From NCBI GenBank assembly GCA_000002975.1, contig AF165818.4, positions 164,217-196,216 of the forward strand: DNA of 32,000 nt. The letters are read 5' to 3'. This stretch comes from Guillardia theta nucleomorph (Eukaryota > Protista > Cryptophyta). Of this stretch, positions 10,660 through 20,044 are shown in pieces. Numbering within the stretch: position 1 is the first letter of the stretch; each line of letters begins with the position of its first letter. A program made the position numbers and the translations under genes. The notes beneath the pieces are model-generated. The model was given only the letters and a program-made list of their open reading frames with translations, was not told the DNA's origin and ran no database searches.

Positions 10660-12804
10660 ATGTTTGTTTACAAAAATCTGTTAATAAAGATCTTTAATAA
10701 GAGATTCAGTTCAAAAAAAAAATTTATAAAAAATTACGAATATATTTATAAAAAATATATTAAAAAAAAAGATACAAATGAAAAAATAGCAATTAAAATT
10801 TTTATTAATAAAAATTTTTCCAAAATATTTGATTTTTTTAAAAGATATAATCACTTGTACATCTTAAAACCAATAAGCATAAAATGTTACTTAATTACAA
10901 TTTTAAAAAACTTGAATAATATATTTTTTGTGAATAATTGGTTTATTAACGCACAAAATAAAAAAATTTTGAGAAGTTTTTTAATTTTTAATATTATTTT
11001 TGAGAATAATTTTTTAATCTGTAAAACAGAAATGTTAAATAAATACACCACATGTTCCTTAAAAATGAAGGTAATTTTTATAAAAAAAAAAAGTTTTATA
11101 AATTTAATACATTATAGTAAGATAAAAAATTATAATGATAGCATACTTAAATTGAAAAAAAATATTAAAATAAAAAATTTCATAAACTTAATTTTTATTT
11201 TCTATAATTATTCAATTGTTTCAAATTTCAAAAAATATGAACATTATGATTTTTTATCAACATTATATTTTTTAAAATATATCAAATTTTCATTAAGTAT
11301 CTTTACAATTGTTTTAAAAAATATACAATCATTAATTAAATATTATTTTTTTAATGATTTTAATAGATTGTTTCTTTTTTTTATTTATATTAGAATTAAT
11401 AATTATAATTGGTACTATCAAAGTATTTTTAATGAAATGAAAAATTGCTTTAAAAACAGCATTGATTTTTTTATAGCATATTCAATCAGATCATTAAATA
11501 TTTCAAGAATTTTAATAAAAAGAATATTTGTAAATTATTTATCTATTAAATGCAATTTTTATATTAAAAACTTATTATCTATTAATAGTAAAAGTTTCAA
11601 TTTAACTTCTGATTCCGTAAAATTAATCACTCTAAATCAAAAAGAATGTAAAAAATACTTTTTGAATTTAATGCAAAGTAATTCAAAACTAATTGAAACT
11701 TTTTTTATTTTGAAAAAAATGAAAAATAATAATAAAGTCTTGTATTCATTTAAAAATTTGATTATTTTTAATATGTTTTATTTTCTAGTATCAAGTAATT
11801 TTAAAATATCTACATTATATAATATTGAAAATAAAAAATTGAATCTTCATATTTCACTATGTAATAAAATTTTGAAAAATTCCTCGATTGATTATTTGAT
11901 TAATATTAAATTATTAAATGTATTATATAAAAATTTGAGATATAAAAAATTAACACCATTCTCTATTTTATATCCAAACCAAGAACATGTTGTATTTTTA
12001 AGAATTGAAAACAAATTTATAAAATCAGTATCATCTAAAAGTTCAATTTTTTCAAATGACTGGTTGCAGCTTTTTTCAAAAAAATTATCAAAGAAATATT
12101 TATCTCTAGAAATATTTTTTTTTTTAAATTTTAAGAAATCATTTTATTTCAAAAAATATTCTTATAATTCTGTTGATAAAGTTTCAATTGACATTGAAAA
12201 AAATCAATTAACAATCATAAAAAACCACGTCTTTAAATATCTTGAAAACAAAAATGAAACATATTCTAATAATAATTTTCTTTTCTCATTAATATTTAAC
12301 CATAGATTTTTCAATGATATGATTAAAAATACAAAGTATAAATATTTGATAAAAAACCTAGTAATTATTTTAAGTATTAAAAATTTTCCATTTTACGATA
12401 CACAATACTTTGAATCTACAAAAAATGTTGAAAGTTACAAATTATTTACAAAAAAAATCGGAAGTATATATTTATTTTTTAAGAATTTCAAAATTCGACT
12501 TAGAACTAGACGTAAATTGAATTTCTACCTAATCGTATTATTAATTAGTAAACTTTCTAAAATCAAGGAGGAATGTTTTAATTTTAAAAATAAAAAACTA
12601 TCTAAAACGTTAAAGTCATCAAATGTAAAAAATCAAATAATTCTAAATTTACTATCCAGTTTTTTTTTATCTAATCTAAAAATATATATTAGTTTTTATG
12701 GAAATAGAAAAAATAATTTTAATTTTTATGATAGATCAGAATCATTTATTTTTATTAATAATAAAAAATTTTATAAAATATTAGAAATGTTTATTATATT
12801 ATAA
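10660..12804 (+). CDS. Hypothetical protein (714-aa ORFan)
   Basis: Long open frame in very AT-rich DNA that fills the gap between neighbours; no recognisable motif. Confidence 0.75.
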   Translation: MFVYKNLLIKIFNKRFSSKKKFIKNYEYIYKKYIKKKDTNEKIAIKIFINKNFSKIFDFFKRYNHLYILKPISIKCYLITILKNLNNIFFVNNWFINAQNKKILRSFLIFNIIFENNFLICKTEMLNKYTTCSLKMKVIFIKKKSFINLIHYSKIKNYNDSILKLKKNIKIKNFINLIFIFYNYSIVSNFKKYEHYDFLSTLYFLKYIKFSLSIFTIVLKNIQSLIKYYFFNDFNRLFLFFIYIRINNYNWYYQSIFNEMKNCFKNSIDFFIAYSIRSLNISRILIKRIFVNYLSIKCNFYIKNLLSINSKSFNLTSDSVKLITLNQKECKKYFLNLMQSNSKLIETFFILKKMKNNNKVLYSFKNLIIFNMFYFLVSSNFKISTLYNIENKKLNLHISLCNKILKNSSIDYLINIKLLNVLYKNLRYKKLTPFSILYPNQEHVVFLRIENKFIKSVSSKSSIFSNDWLQLFSKKLSKKYLSLEIFFFLNFKKSFYFKKYSYNSVDKVSIDIEKNQLTIIKNHVFKYLENKNETYSNNNFLFSLIFNHRFFNDMIKNTKYKYLIKNLVIILSIKNFPFYDTQYFESTKNVESYKLFTKKIGSIYLFFKNFKIRLRTRRKLNFYLIVLLISKLSKIKEECFNFKNKKLSKTLKSSNVKNQIILNLLSSFFLSNLKIYISFYGNRKNNFNFYDRSESFIFINNKKFYKILEMFIIL

Positions 12805-12812
12805 TACGATCA

Positions 12813-13322
12813 TTAGCTTTTAAAAAATGTTTTTGTTCTAAAATAACTTATTAGTAAAGCTTTTTTTTTAATTTTATTTAATAATCTTTTCTGTAATTCT
12901 TCAGAATAGAAAATATTTTTTTTTGCGATTTTATTTGTTAAAACCGTATTAGAATAATGTTTAGATTTTTTTAATTCTTCTAAATAATCTTTATTGGTGT
13001 GTTTTGTAAGAAAATTTAGTCCTTTTAAACTTACTCCCGATTTTACCACATATTTCCAATGAATTTTTAGATAACCAATTCCATTAAATTTCATTATTCC
13101 ACTGAGTAACAAGTTACCATCATCCGTATGACCCAAAAAAACACATTTTTTACCATAATTATTTCTTTTTTTGATAATTAGAATATCTCCAATTTTGAAA
13201 TCTTTATTAGCGAGTTTTTTTTCACTTTTGTTTTTTTTTTGTTTAATGGAGTTATTTGTATTATTAGAGGACAGAAATTCAACTTTTTCAATCCATGTAC
13301 TACGCTTACTAAATGGAAACAT
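12813..13322 (-). CDS. rpl6: 60S ribosomal protein L6 (eL6), divergent
   Basis: GDILIIKKRNNYGKKCVFLGHTDDGNLLLSGIMKFNGI...YVV aligns with the eL6 core GTVLILLAGRFRGKRVVFL...GLLLVTGPFKINGV...YVI; C-terminal LISYFRTKTF. Confidence 0.8.
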   Translation of the reverse strand: MFPFSKRSTWIEKVEFLSSNNTNNSIKQKKNKSEKKLANKDFKIGDILIIKKRNNYGKKCVFLGHTDDGNLLLSGIMKFNGIGYLKIHWKYVVKSGVSLKGLNFLTKHTNKDYLEELKKSKHYSNTVLTNKIAKKNIFYSEELQKRLLNKIKKKALLISYFRTKTFFKS

Positions 13323-13357
13323 GTTATTTAAAAATATGTTTATAGATTAAAAATATA

Positions 13358-13438
13358 TACGACTTGAGAGTTTCGAACTCCCGACCTACTGCGTGTAAGA
13401 CAGTTGCTCTGTAATAATAACCACTGAGCTAAAGTCGC
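13358..13438 (-). tRNA. trnV(UAC): tRNA-Val(UAC) with a ~9-nt insertion (intron) in the D-loop
   Basis: GCGACTT-TA-GCTC-AGTGGT[tattattac]A-GAGC-A-ACTGT-CT-TAC-AC-GCAGT-AGGTC-GGGAG-TTCGAAA-CTCTC-AAGTCGT-A. All four stems pair; anticodon at 13397-13395. Confidence 0.95.
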
Positions 13439-13517
13439 ATTTATTTGTCTTATCTTTAGTTATGAAAATATAGTTTTTTTTATAATGTAGCTAATTAAAT
13501 TTAATATACTACTTGCA

Positions 13518-13700
13518 TCAGACGAATCTTACCATTTTAATCATTCTACCTTTAATAAATAATTTAGAATAAGATTTAAATAAATTTCCCCTTAAATTTG
13601 TAATTATAACATTACTTAATGTTAGGTTTTTAAATTTATCTATTTTTTTAATACTTCCGTTACAGGAATACCCATTTTCTAGTTCAATTTGAACATTCAT
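13518..13700 (-). CDS. lsm4: Sm/Lsm-family protein, best match Lsm4 (true start uncertain)
   Basis: VQIELENGYSCNGSIKKIDKFKNLTLSNVIITNLRGNLF...FIKGRMIKMVRF is collinear with Lsm4 [39 protein letters not shown]...YIRGSTIKYLRI. Confidence 0.75.
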   Translation of the reverse strand: MNVQIELENGYSCNGSIKKIDKFKNLTLSNVIITNLRGNLFKSYSKLFIKGRMIKMVRFV

Positions 13701-13746
13701 CGTGAATATTGTTTTTAAAATTTAATGTGAAATCTACGTTAAGTTA

Positions 13747-14829
13747 ATGGAGTCATCTTCTAGAATTGAAGTGATGAGTAATGAAATAAATTTTATTGAA
13801 CTCAATTTTATCAAAACAAGAAAAAAAAAAAACCAAAGTAAATGTTTATTGAAAATTAGATTTTTTTTATTTTCATATTTACATTTCTTAAATTTGAATT
13901 TTATTTTACCAAATTTTGTAGGAGGTAAAATTTTATTGTTATTATGGATTGTTAATACCTGCGATTTAAATGGATTAAAATTATCAAATTTAGTTAAAAA
14001 AAATTTAATTTCCAGATTAATAAAAAATAAATTCAAAAATTTTAACTATGAAAACCTAATAAATGAAAAATTGAATTTACCATTACAATTCTCATTCTTT
14101 TCTTTAATAAGCGTAATGAGATGTGCTAAATTTTTTATATTGAGACATAGAATTTATATTTATTTCATTATCAAAAAATCATCAAAAAAAATATATAAAA
14201 ATAATTTCGATCAGAATGAAGTTTTAGAAGCAAGAATTATTTATAGTTATTTATTTATTTCTTCCATTCTTGATCTATTCAATGAATTGTTTTTTAAAAA
14301 TTTGAAAAAAAAAATGCTAATTTTATTTCGTTCATCTTATTTTTTTGAATTTAAAAACAAAATTGAAATTCATGCCTCCCTTGAATATTGTTTGATTAAT
14401 TCCCACTTTTTTTCTTTTTCTTTTACTGAAAAAAATAAATTAAAAAATCAATTCTTAAATTATGTAAATCACAATCAAAGTTTTTTCAATTTTGGATTAT
14501 CTGGAAGAAAAAATAAAACTGTCGATACATGTTATTTTTTTTGGATTTTGGCTGTATCAGTAGTGCTTGATTTACAATTTACATTTTTTTTGGAAAAAAT
14601 ATGTAATTTTCTTGCTAATTCAGAAGTATATGCAATTTCTGATAAAATTGGAAAAAAACCAGATATTTATCACACCTATTACTTAAACCTTTGTTTGTGC
14701 TTTGAAATTTTTGCTATTTCATCTAAAGAACGATTCAGATCTAGTTCTTCTATAAAAAAAATATTTTTTCCTAAAATTAGTCCTATTTATATGTTACGAG
14801 AATCTACGCTTTTTTATAATTTATTTTAA
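13747..14829 (+). CDS. Protein prenyltransferase beta subunit (GGTase-I/FTase beta-like), divergent
   Basis: GLSGRKNKTVDTCYFFW and ISDKIGKKPDIYHTYY retain the Zn-binding D, C and H of prenyltransferase beta subunits. Confidence 0.8.
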   Translation: MESSSRIEVMSNEINFIELNFIKTRKKKNQSKCLLKIRFFLFSYLHFLNLNFILPNFVGGKILLLLWIVNTCDLNGLKLSNLVKKNLISRLIKNKFKNFNYENLINEKLNLPLQFSFFSLISVMRCAKFFILRHRIYIYFIIKKSSKKIYKNNFDQNEVLEARIIYSYLFISSILDLFNELFFKNLKKKMLILFRSSYFFEFKNKIEIHASLEYCLINSHFFSFSFTEKNKLKNQFLNYVNHNQSFFNFGLSGRKNKTVDTCYFFWILAVSVVLDLQFTFFLEKICNFLANSEVYAISDKIGKKPDIYHTYYLNLCLCFEIFAISSKERFRSSSSIKKIFFPKISPIYMLRESTLFYNLF

Positions 14830-14849
14830 TTAGAGTCGATTCAAAATTA

Positions 14850-15974
14850 TCAAAATAGTTTTATATTATTTTTATGGAATCTTATATTTTTTTTGATTTC
14901 CGAATCGATAAAATCCAAATATTTCTTTGTATTGAAATCATTTGCCTTATCTTTTTTTTCAATATCTAAGTGAAAATTCGGTCTGTATAACTTCCAATAA
15001 ATGTTATTAGGTATGTTGTATTTTATTTTTTTATCTATTGCTATTGAAGTTTCAAATGTCCAGCACTTCGAGACTCTATCTTTTATATATCCCCCTCCGC
15101 CTAGAACTAATATTGGAATATTAAATTTTTTTAGAAAATTTAAACAGTTCGAATGACCATTTATTGAAAGATTAAATCTACCAATAACATCAAAAGAAAG
15201 TGAATCTGCACCAGACTGAAGAATTATAATATCAGGCCTAACAGATTCAATAATTTCGCGGACAATAGATTCAAAAATATTACAGTAATTTTCGTCTCCA
15301 ATATTTTTTTTTATAGGTACGTTATAAGATGCATACTTTCCAATTGATATTCCTTTGTTCGTTATACTACCACTTCCTGGAAAAAAATTTTTATTGTAAA
15401 AATGAAAGGAAAGAACAAATACTCTATTAGTTGCATAAAATACCTCTTCAACTCCATCTCCGTGATGTACATCAATGTCTATATACAGGATGTAATTAAA
15501 ATGTTTTAATAAATTTAAGATGCAAAGATTTATGTCATTCAAGTAACAAAATCCAGATTTTTCGTCAATCTTGGAATGATGAAGACCCCCAGACCAATTA
15601 ATTGCGATTTGACAATTATTGTTGGTTAATTCATCTAAGGATAATAAACTTGCAGACGAATAAAGCAACAAATATTCATTAAGACCCTTAAAAATTGGAC
15701 AGTCTGCATCATATTTGTCAATTGTTATATAATTAATACTTTCAAAATTTTTTTTTTTAATCACGTTGAATTCAAAAATTGATGAGTGAATGTTAAACAT
15801 CTCACTATTAGTTTTTTTTTCTGTACGAATGATCCTAAGAAATTTTTCCATTCCATATGAATAAATAAGTTCGCTTGTCATAGAAAGTCTAATAGGTTGC
15901 ATAGGATGAAATCTACTATAAGCAAAATTCCCAATTTTTGAATTTTCAGCCAATACAGTTTTTTTTTGTGTCAT
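14850..15974 (-). CDS. hda: Class I histone deacetylase (RPD3-like)
   Basis: HPMQP.R, DCPIF, WSGGLHH, SGFCYLND, YIDIDVHHGDGVEE, FFPGSG, GADSL, LGGGGY. Confidence 0.95.
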   Translation of the reverse strand: MTQKKTVLAENSKIGNFAYSRFHPMQPIRLSMTSELIYSYGMEKFLRIIRTEKKTNSEMFNIHSSIFEFNVIKKKNFESINYITIDKYDADCPIFKGLNEYLLLYSSASLLSLDELTNNNCQIAINWSGGLHHSKIDEKSGFCYLNDINLCILNLLKHFNYILYIDIDVHHGDGVEEVFYATNRVFVLSFHFYNKNFFPGSGSITNKGISIGKYASYNVPIKKNIGDENYCNIFESIVREIIESVRPDIIILQSGADSLSFDVIGRFNLSINGHSNCLNFLKKFNIPILVLGGGGYIKDRVSKCWTFETSIAIDKKIKYNIPNNIYWKLYRPNFHLDIEKKDKANDFNTKKYLDFIDSEIKKNIRFHKNNIKLF

Positions 15975-16008
15975 TAAATAAACTTAAAATTTACTAACAC
16001 TTCTATAT

Positions 16009-17001
16009 TTATAGTAACCACCCATTTGATAAATTAAAAATTGAACTAAATATGAATGATTTTGAATTTTGTCTCAGAGGTGATAAATCGCAAATTTGTG
16101 CATTGTTATTAGGTTTTTTAAAATTAAGTTTATAGTTTTTAGGTATTGATTTAAAATTTTGATACAAATAAGATTTTTTATCATTTCTTGGATCATATCC
16201 ATACCTAATCCAATTTTCATGAAATGGATTTTTTCTTTTAAATTTATAACTTACCAATAATAACGTATCTTTAAGATATTTTCTTAAAGACAATGGGATA
16301 AAATTTTTAAGAATTTTTAAATTCCAAATAGGTCTTTTCTTGAATAATCTTATCAAATATCCAATTATTATTTTCGGAGGTTTAGTATTCATGTTAATTA
16401 TATTACAATCGTCTGGTTTGACAGGAGATTTATCAAAAAAATCAATATCATTTTTGACTTTTAAATTATTTTTTTCCAAAGATCTACAATCTAACCCTAA
16501 ATTTTTTTTTTCTGAATCGCTTATTGGCACACTTATGTTTAAAGATTTGTTAAGGTTTTTTGATAATTTATCAAATCTAAAAATATCTTTTTTAGCGAAA
16601 AACGATGGGAGAATGAAATTACTAACATGATAAATATTAGAAATCTCAAAATTGCTTAGGAATTTTTTTTCATTTAAAAATATCGAATTAAATTTATATA
16701 AAATTTTCAGTTTTTTTTTATAATTATATTCAAAGTCATTGATCGATTTATATTTTATTTTTAATAAACTTCTTCTCGAGTTTATACTTTTTTGAACAAC
16801 GTTTGAGTTCCTTAAAAAAAAAATCTTTAACAAAATAATATTTTTATTCAAATTATGATAATTTATAAAATCGCTTCTTTTAAGAGCTGGATCAATTATA
16901 GTATTATAATTATCTTTCATAATATTTTTTGTTTTTTTTTTGTCTTTCAATGTATCGCGATTAAAATGGAACTCTTTTTTTTTAGAAAAGTTACATTTCA
17001 T
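16009..17001 (-). CDS. TFIIIC subunit tau95 (Tfc1/GTF3C5)-like
   Basis: LFKKRPIW...VSYKF...PFHENWIRYGYDPRNDKKSYLYQ matches the tau95 LF..RPIW...YY...GPWR..WIRFGYDPR......YQ motif. Confidence 0.8.
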   Translation of the reverse strand: MKCNFSKKKEFHFNRDTLKDKKKTKNIMKDNYNTIIDPALKRSDFINYHNLNKNIILLKIFFLRNSNVVQKSINSRRSLLKIKYKSINDFEYNYKKKLKILYKFNSIFLNEKKFLSNFEISNIYHVSNFILPSFFAKKDIFRFDKLSKNLNKSLNISVPISDSEKKNLGLDCRSLEKNNLKVKNDIDFFDKSPVKPDDCNIINMNTKPPKIIIGYLIRLFKKRPIWNLKILKNFIPLSLRKYLKDTLLLVSYKFKRKNPFHENWIRYGYDPRNDKKSYLYQNFKSIPKNYKLNFKKPNNNAQICDLSPLRQNSKSFIFSSIFNLSNGWLL

Positions 17002-17049
17002 TTGTTATTATGATTGCTATATATTTATAAAAATTAATTCACATTTAAC

Positions 17050-18489
17050 ATGTCCAGGATTGAAATAACTAATGTTTCCTTAAGTACTGATTTAAAAACA
17101 ATAGAACAAATTTTTTCAACTTTTGGAAAAATTACTGAAATAACACACAAAAATAAAAAAAACAGTAAGATTTTTATAGGTTTTAAATCTTGTAATTCCG
17201 CAAATTTTGCCATAAAAACATTCGATAAAAAATTTTTGAATGGCAATCGCGTATACTTAAAAAAAGCAATAGGATACAATAAAAAATATTTAATTAAAAG
17301 AAAAATATCTTTGCTTGAAAATAATATTAATAAAAATTACACTCATGGTTTTCTTAAAATATGTAACTTTTCAATTTTTACTTCTGATGAAGAAATAAAA
17401 AAAGTTATTTCAGCGTTTGGGATGTTTCGAATAATTGAAATTGTTGAACATAATTCATCTAAATTTGGATCAAAATCTGTAATTGTAGAATTTTTTCTTA
17501 AAGAATCTTTGGTTAAATCTCACCTAAGTCTCAATGGTAAAATATTACACGGAAGAATTCTTAAGGTAGAATTATTAAGTTCTAGATTGAATAATTTCAA
17601 ATCTATCTCTAAAAATATGTTTTTAAAATACTCAAATACATTAAAAACTCAACTTAAAAACTCAAATAGGTCTTGGATAAGTTTTTTTTACGACTTTAGA
17701 AACAATATTTCTGAATTACACAATAGGATATTTTCAAATAGTATTAGTAAAATTTTAGATAATAATGATACAAAAATCTTAAATGCTAAAATTGTTTCTG
17801 ATTCTAGACTTCAATTTGAGTTGTTTTATAATTTGAGAAAAAAATTTTGCTTTAATTTCATTTTTTCAAAAAAGAATGATCGTTTGAAATTAAGTAAAAA
17901 AAGTTTTTTTCTTAAATTTTTATCTAAATTTAATTTGAATTTTTTTAGGTTTTTTTTTTCAAAATTTGGTTCATTATCAAAAATAGTACTATTTCAGAAG
18001 TTGAATATAATATATATTAAGTTTAAAAAAAAAGAAAAAGCTCAAATAGCTTTTTCGAAAATTAAAAGTATTAATTTTTTTCTCAAATATTCGATCATTA
18101 AATGGGCAACTATTAATTTACCAAATGATATAGAGTATTTAAACTCTCTAGACCTAAAACAACATTTAAACTTTAGTTTAACAAATTTAAATATAAATTT
18201 TAATTACAAAAATCAAAAAAAAATTACATTGTATAATGAAATTCTAGCTAGTTCTAAATACAAACTGTTAGTTAAAAATATACCGTTTAATATTTCATCC
18301 AGCAGATTGAAAAGAATTTTTCAAAATTTACCAATGATCAAATCAGTAAGAATTCCAAAAAATAATGGTTTTAATAGAGGATTCGGTTTTTTGATTTTTG
18401 AAGATCTCGATAGTATTAAAAAATCTTTTTTGTATTTACAAAATACATATATATGTAAAAGAAAAATCTCTTTATCTATCATTATGTAG
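17050..18489 (+). CDS. mrd1: Multi-RRM 40S biogenesis factor Mrd1/RBM19
   Basis: Starts MSRI; several RRMs; last RRM KLLVKNIPF...IKSVRIPK...RGFGFLIF is typical of Mrd1. Confidence 0.8.
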   Translation: MSRIEITNVSLSTDLKTIEQIFSTFGKITEITHKNKKNSKIFIGFKSCNSANFAIKTFDKKFLNGNRVYLKKAIGYNKKYLIKRKISLLENNINKNYTHGFLKICNFSIFTSDEEIKKVISAFGMFRIIEIVEHNSSKFGSKSVIVEFFLKESLVKSHLSLNGKILHGRILKVELLSSRLNNFKSISKNMFLKYSNTLKTQLKNSNRSWISFFYDFRNNISELHNRIFSNSISKILDNNDTKILNAKIVSDSRLQFELFYNLRKKFCFNFIFSKKNDRLKLSKKSFFLKFLSKFNLNFFRFFFSKFGSLSKIVLFQKLNIIYIKFKKKEKAQIAFSKIKSINFFLKYSIIKWATINLPNDIEYLNSLDLKQHLNFSLTNLNINFNYKNQKKITLYNEILASSKYKLLVKNIPFNISSSRLKRIFQNLPMIKSVRIPKNNGFNRGFGFLIFEDLDSIKKSFLYLQNTYICKRKISLSIIM

Positions 18490-18556
18490 TTAATCAACAA
18501 TGACAACAATTTAAAATTATTTAAAATTTAATATAGGTTTTAAAATATTGATTAAG

Positions 18557-19495
18557 ATGTTAAATAATTTTAGTAAACGTCAAATGACAAATTGTTTTGA
18601 TCGTTATTTTACAAATAATTTATTTTCAGAATTATATTTTCCATCTTACATTAAAAAAACAAGGCAAACAACCGATGAAAATTATTTAGTTTCAATAGGA
18701 TATTATCCTGGAATGGTAAAATGTTATGATTTAAATAATTTTTCTATTAAATTTCAAAGGGTACTTAGTTCTTGTATTAATGATTTTCAAATTGTATCAG
18801 AAGATTGGAAACAGATTTTGTTTCTTTGTAGTAATAAAATCGAGGTTCATTCTATGTCAGGTAATCATTTCAATATTAAAATGCCCGAGGCGGCTTATGT
18901 TTTTAAATATATTAAAAAGGAAAATGTAGTTTATATTCCAACGTTAAATGGAAATATCCTACGTTATTCATTAATTAAATGTAAATCATTAAAAAAAATT
19001 AATAATTTATCAGATGGTTCAAAAATATCTTGTTCTTTTAGTTCTCAAAAAAATATGATAGCTTTTGGTACTAGTAGAGGGTATGTAGAATTTTGGGATA
19101 CTAGAGTAACCAAAAACTTTATAAATATTTTTGACGTTATTAAATTTCTTAATTCGAATGACAAAATATCGAAAATTAAATTTGACCAGAAAAATACATA
19201 CAACATAAATATTGGAACTCAAAAAGGAAATTTGTTTATTTATGATATAAGAAGAAGTATCCCACTCGTTTCAAAAAAGATCAGTTCAAAAAATGAAGTA
19301 TTGTCCATAACTCAATTAAATAGTGATATTGCTGTTTCTACCTTTAATTGCATTAAAATTATTTCACCAGATCAAGCTAATACAAAATATAAAATTAACT
19401 TTCCTACTAAAATAAATGATTTATATTTTTTTAGTAAATATAATTGTATTTTAATATCTTCAAATCATAAAAGACTTGGAGTTATTTATTTATAA
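18557..19495 (+). CDS. enp2: WD40 SSU-processome factor Enp2/NOL10 (N-terminal propeller only)
   Basis: SIGYYPGMVKCYDLNNFSIKFQR...DFQIVSEDWKQILFL, AFGTSRGYVEFWDTR, IGTQKGNLFIYDIR. First ATG is 18557 (track start 18548 is TTG). Confidence 0.85.
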   Translation: MLNNFSKRQMTNCFDRYFTNNLFSELYFPSYIKKTRQTTDENYLVSIGYYPGMVKCYDLNNFSIKFQRVLSSCINDFQIVSEDWKQILFLCSNKIEVHSMSGNHFNIKMPEAAYVFKYIKKENVVYIPTLNGNILRYSLIKCKSLKKINNLSDGSKISCSFSSQKNMIAFGTSRGYVEFWDTRVTKNFINIFDVIKFLNSNDKISKIKFDQKNTYNINIGTQKGNLFIYDIRRSIPLVSKKISSKNEVLSITQLNSDIAVSTFNCIKIISPDQANTKYKINFPTKINDLYFFSKYNCILISSNHKRLGVIYL

Positions 19496-19544
19496 ATAAT
19501 ATATTATTACAAATTACATAGGTTGTTATTGTTGTTGTTTGAAA

Positions 19545-19988
19545 ATGAAAAAACAAAAAATGACCCAGATCAAATATAATTATGACTCATGTGTTAACAA
19601 AGATATTTCTCCTGAGGAAATCAGAATAAAAAAAAAAAAGGATATCTGTATTTCAGATAAATTGAAATTGTTGATAGAAAAAATTTATAATCTTAAATTT
19701 TGTAAAGAAAAACTATTATTAAAGAATTCAAAACAATTAGTAATCAACGATAAGAATGATATTATAATAGCGCTAAATTTAAATAAAGATGGTTTATCTG
19801 TAAGGAATGTTTTATGGTCTTATGAAAATGTAAAGGAGGATTTGATGGAAATGAGTTTAAAAAATAACAATCAAAGACTAATTTTAGCATGTAAAAGTAA
19901 AACAGATATAAAGATTTTTAATTTTAAAATGGTGCATGAAAAGTACAATGTGAGAGAAATAATAAAAAATTGGTATTTAGTAAAGTAA
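19545..19988 (+). CDS. Probable TFIIE beta subunit (C-terminal winged helix/E-tether), truncated
   Basis: INDKNDIIIALNLNKDGLSVRNVLWSYENVKEDLMEM resembles plant TFIIE-beta LKDKSQLLVLIRKFPEGIAVIDLKDAYPTVMEDLQAL (recalled); ends EIIKNWYLVK like EF.K.W..V. First ATG is 19545. Confidence 0.55.
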   Translation: MKKQKMTQIKYNYDSCVNKDISPEEIRIKKKKDICISDKLKLLIEKIYNLKFCKEKLLLKNSKQLVINDKNDIIIALNLNKDGLSVRNVLWSYENVKEDLMEMSLKNNNQRLILACKSKTDIKIFNFKMVHEKYNVREIIKNWYLVK

Positions 19989-20038
19989 GTCAGATTTGAA
20001 CAATCAAAATTTCATACAGGGATAACAACATCATTAAA
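19986..20038 (-). ncRNA. Box C/D snoRNA, snR38-type (guides Gm in 28S ACAGGGAUAAC)
   Basis: Minus strand: box C ATGATGT (20034-20028), guide GTTATCCCTGT (20026-20016), D' ATGA (20015-20012), C'-like TTGATTG (20007-20001), box D CTGA (19993-19990). The guide is an exact 11-nt complement of 28S 30182-30192. Confidence 0.82.
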
Positions 20039-20044
20039 ATTTCA

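Noticed and set aside
18490-18555. Spacer bounded by TTAATCAA/TTGATTAA inverted ends (MITE or C/D RNA?)
   Set aside because: A short AT-only match expected by chance; no good boxes, guide or target-site duplication.
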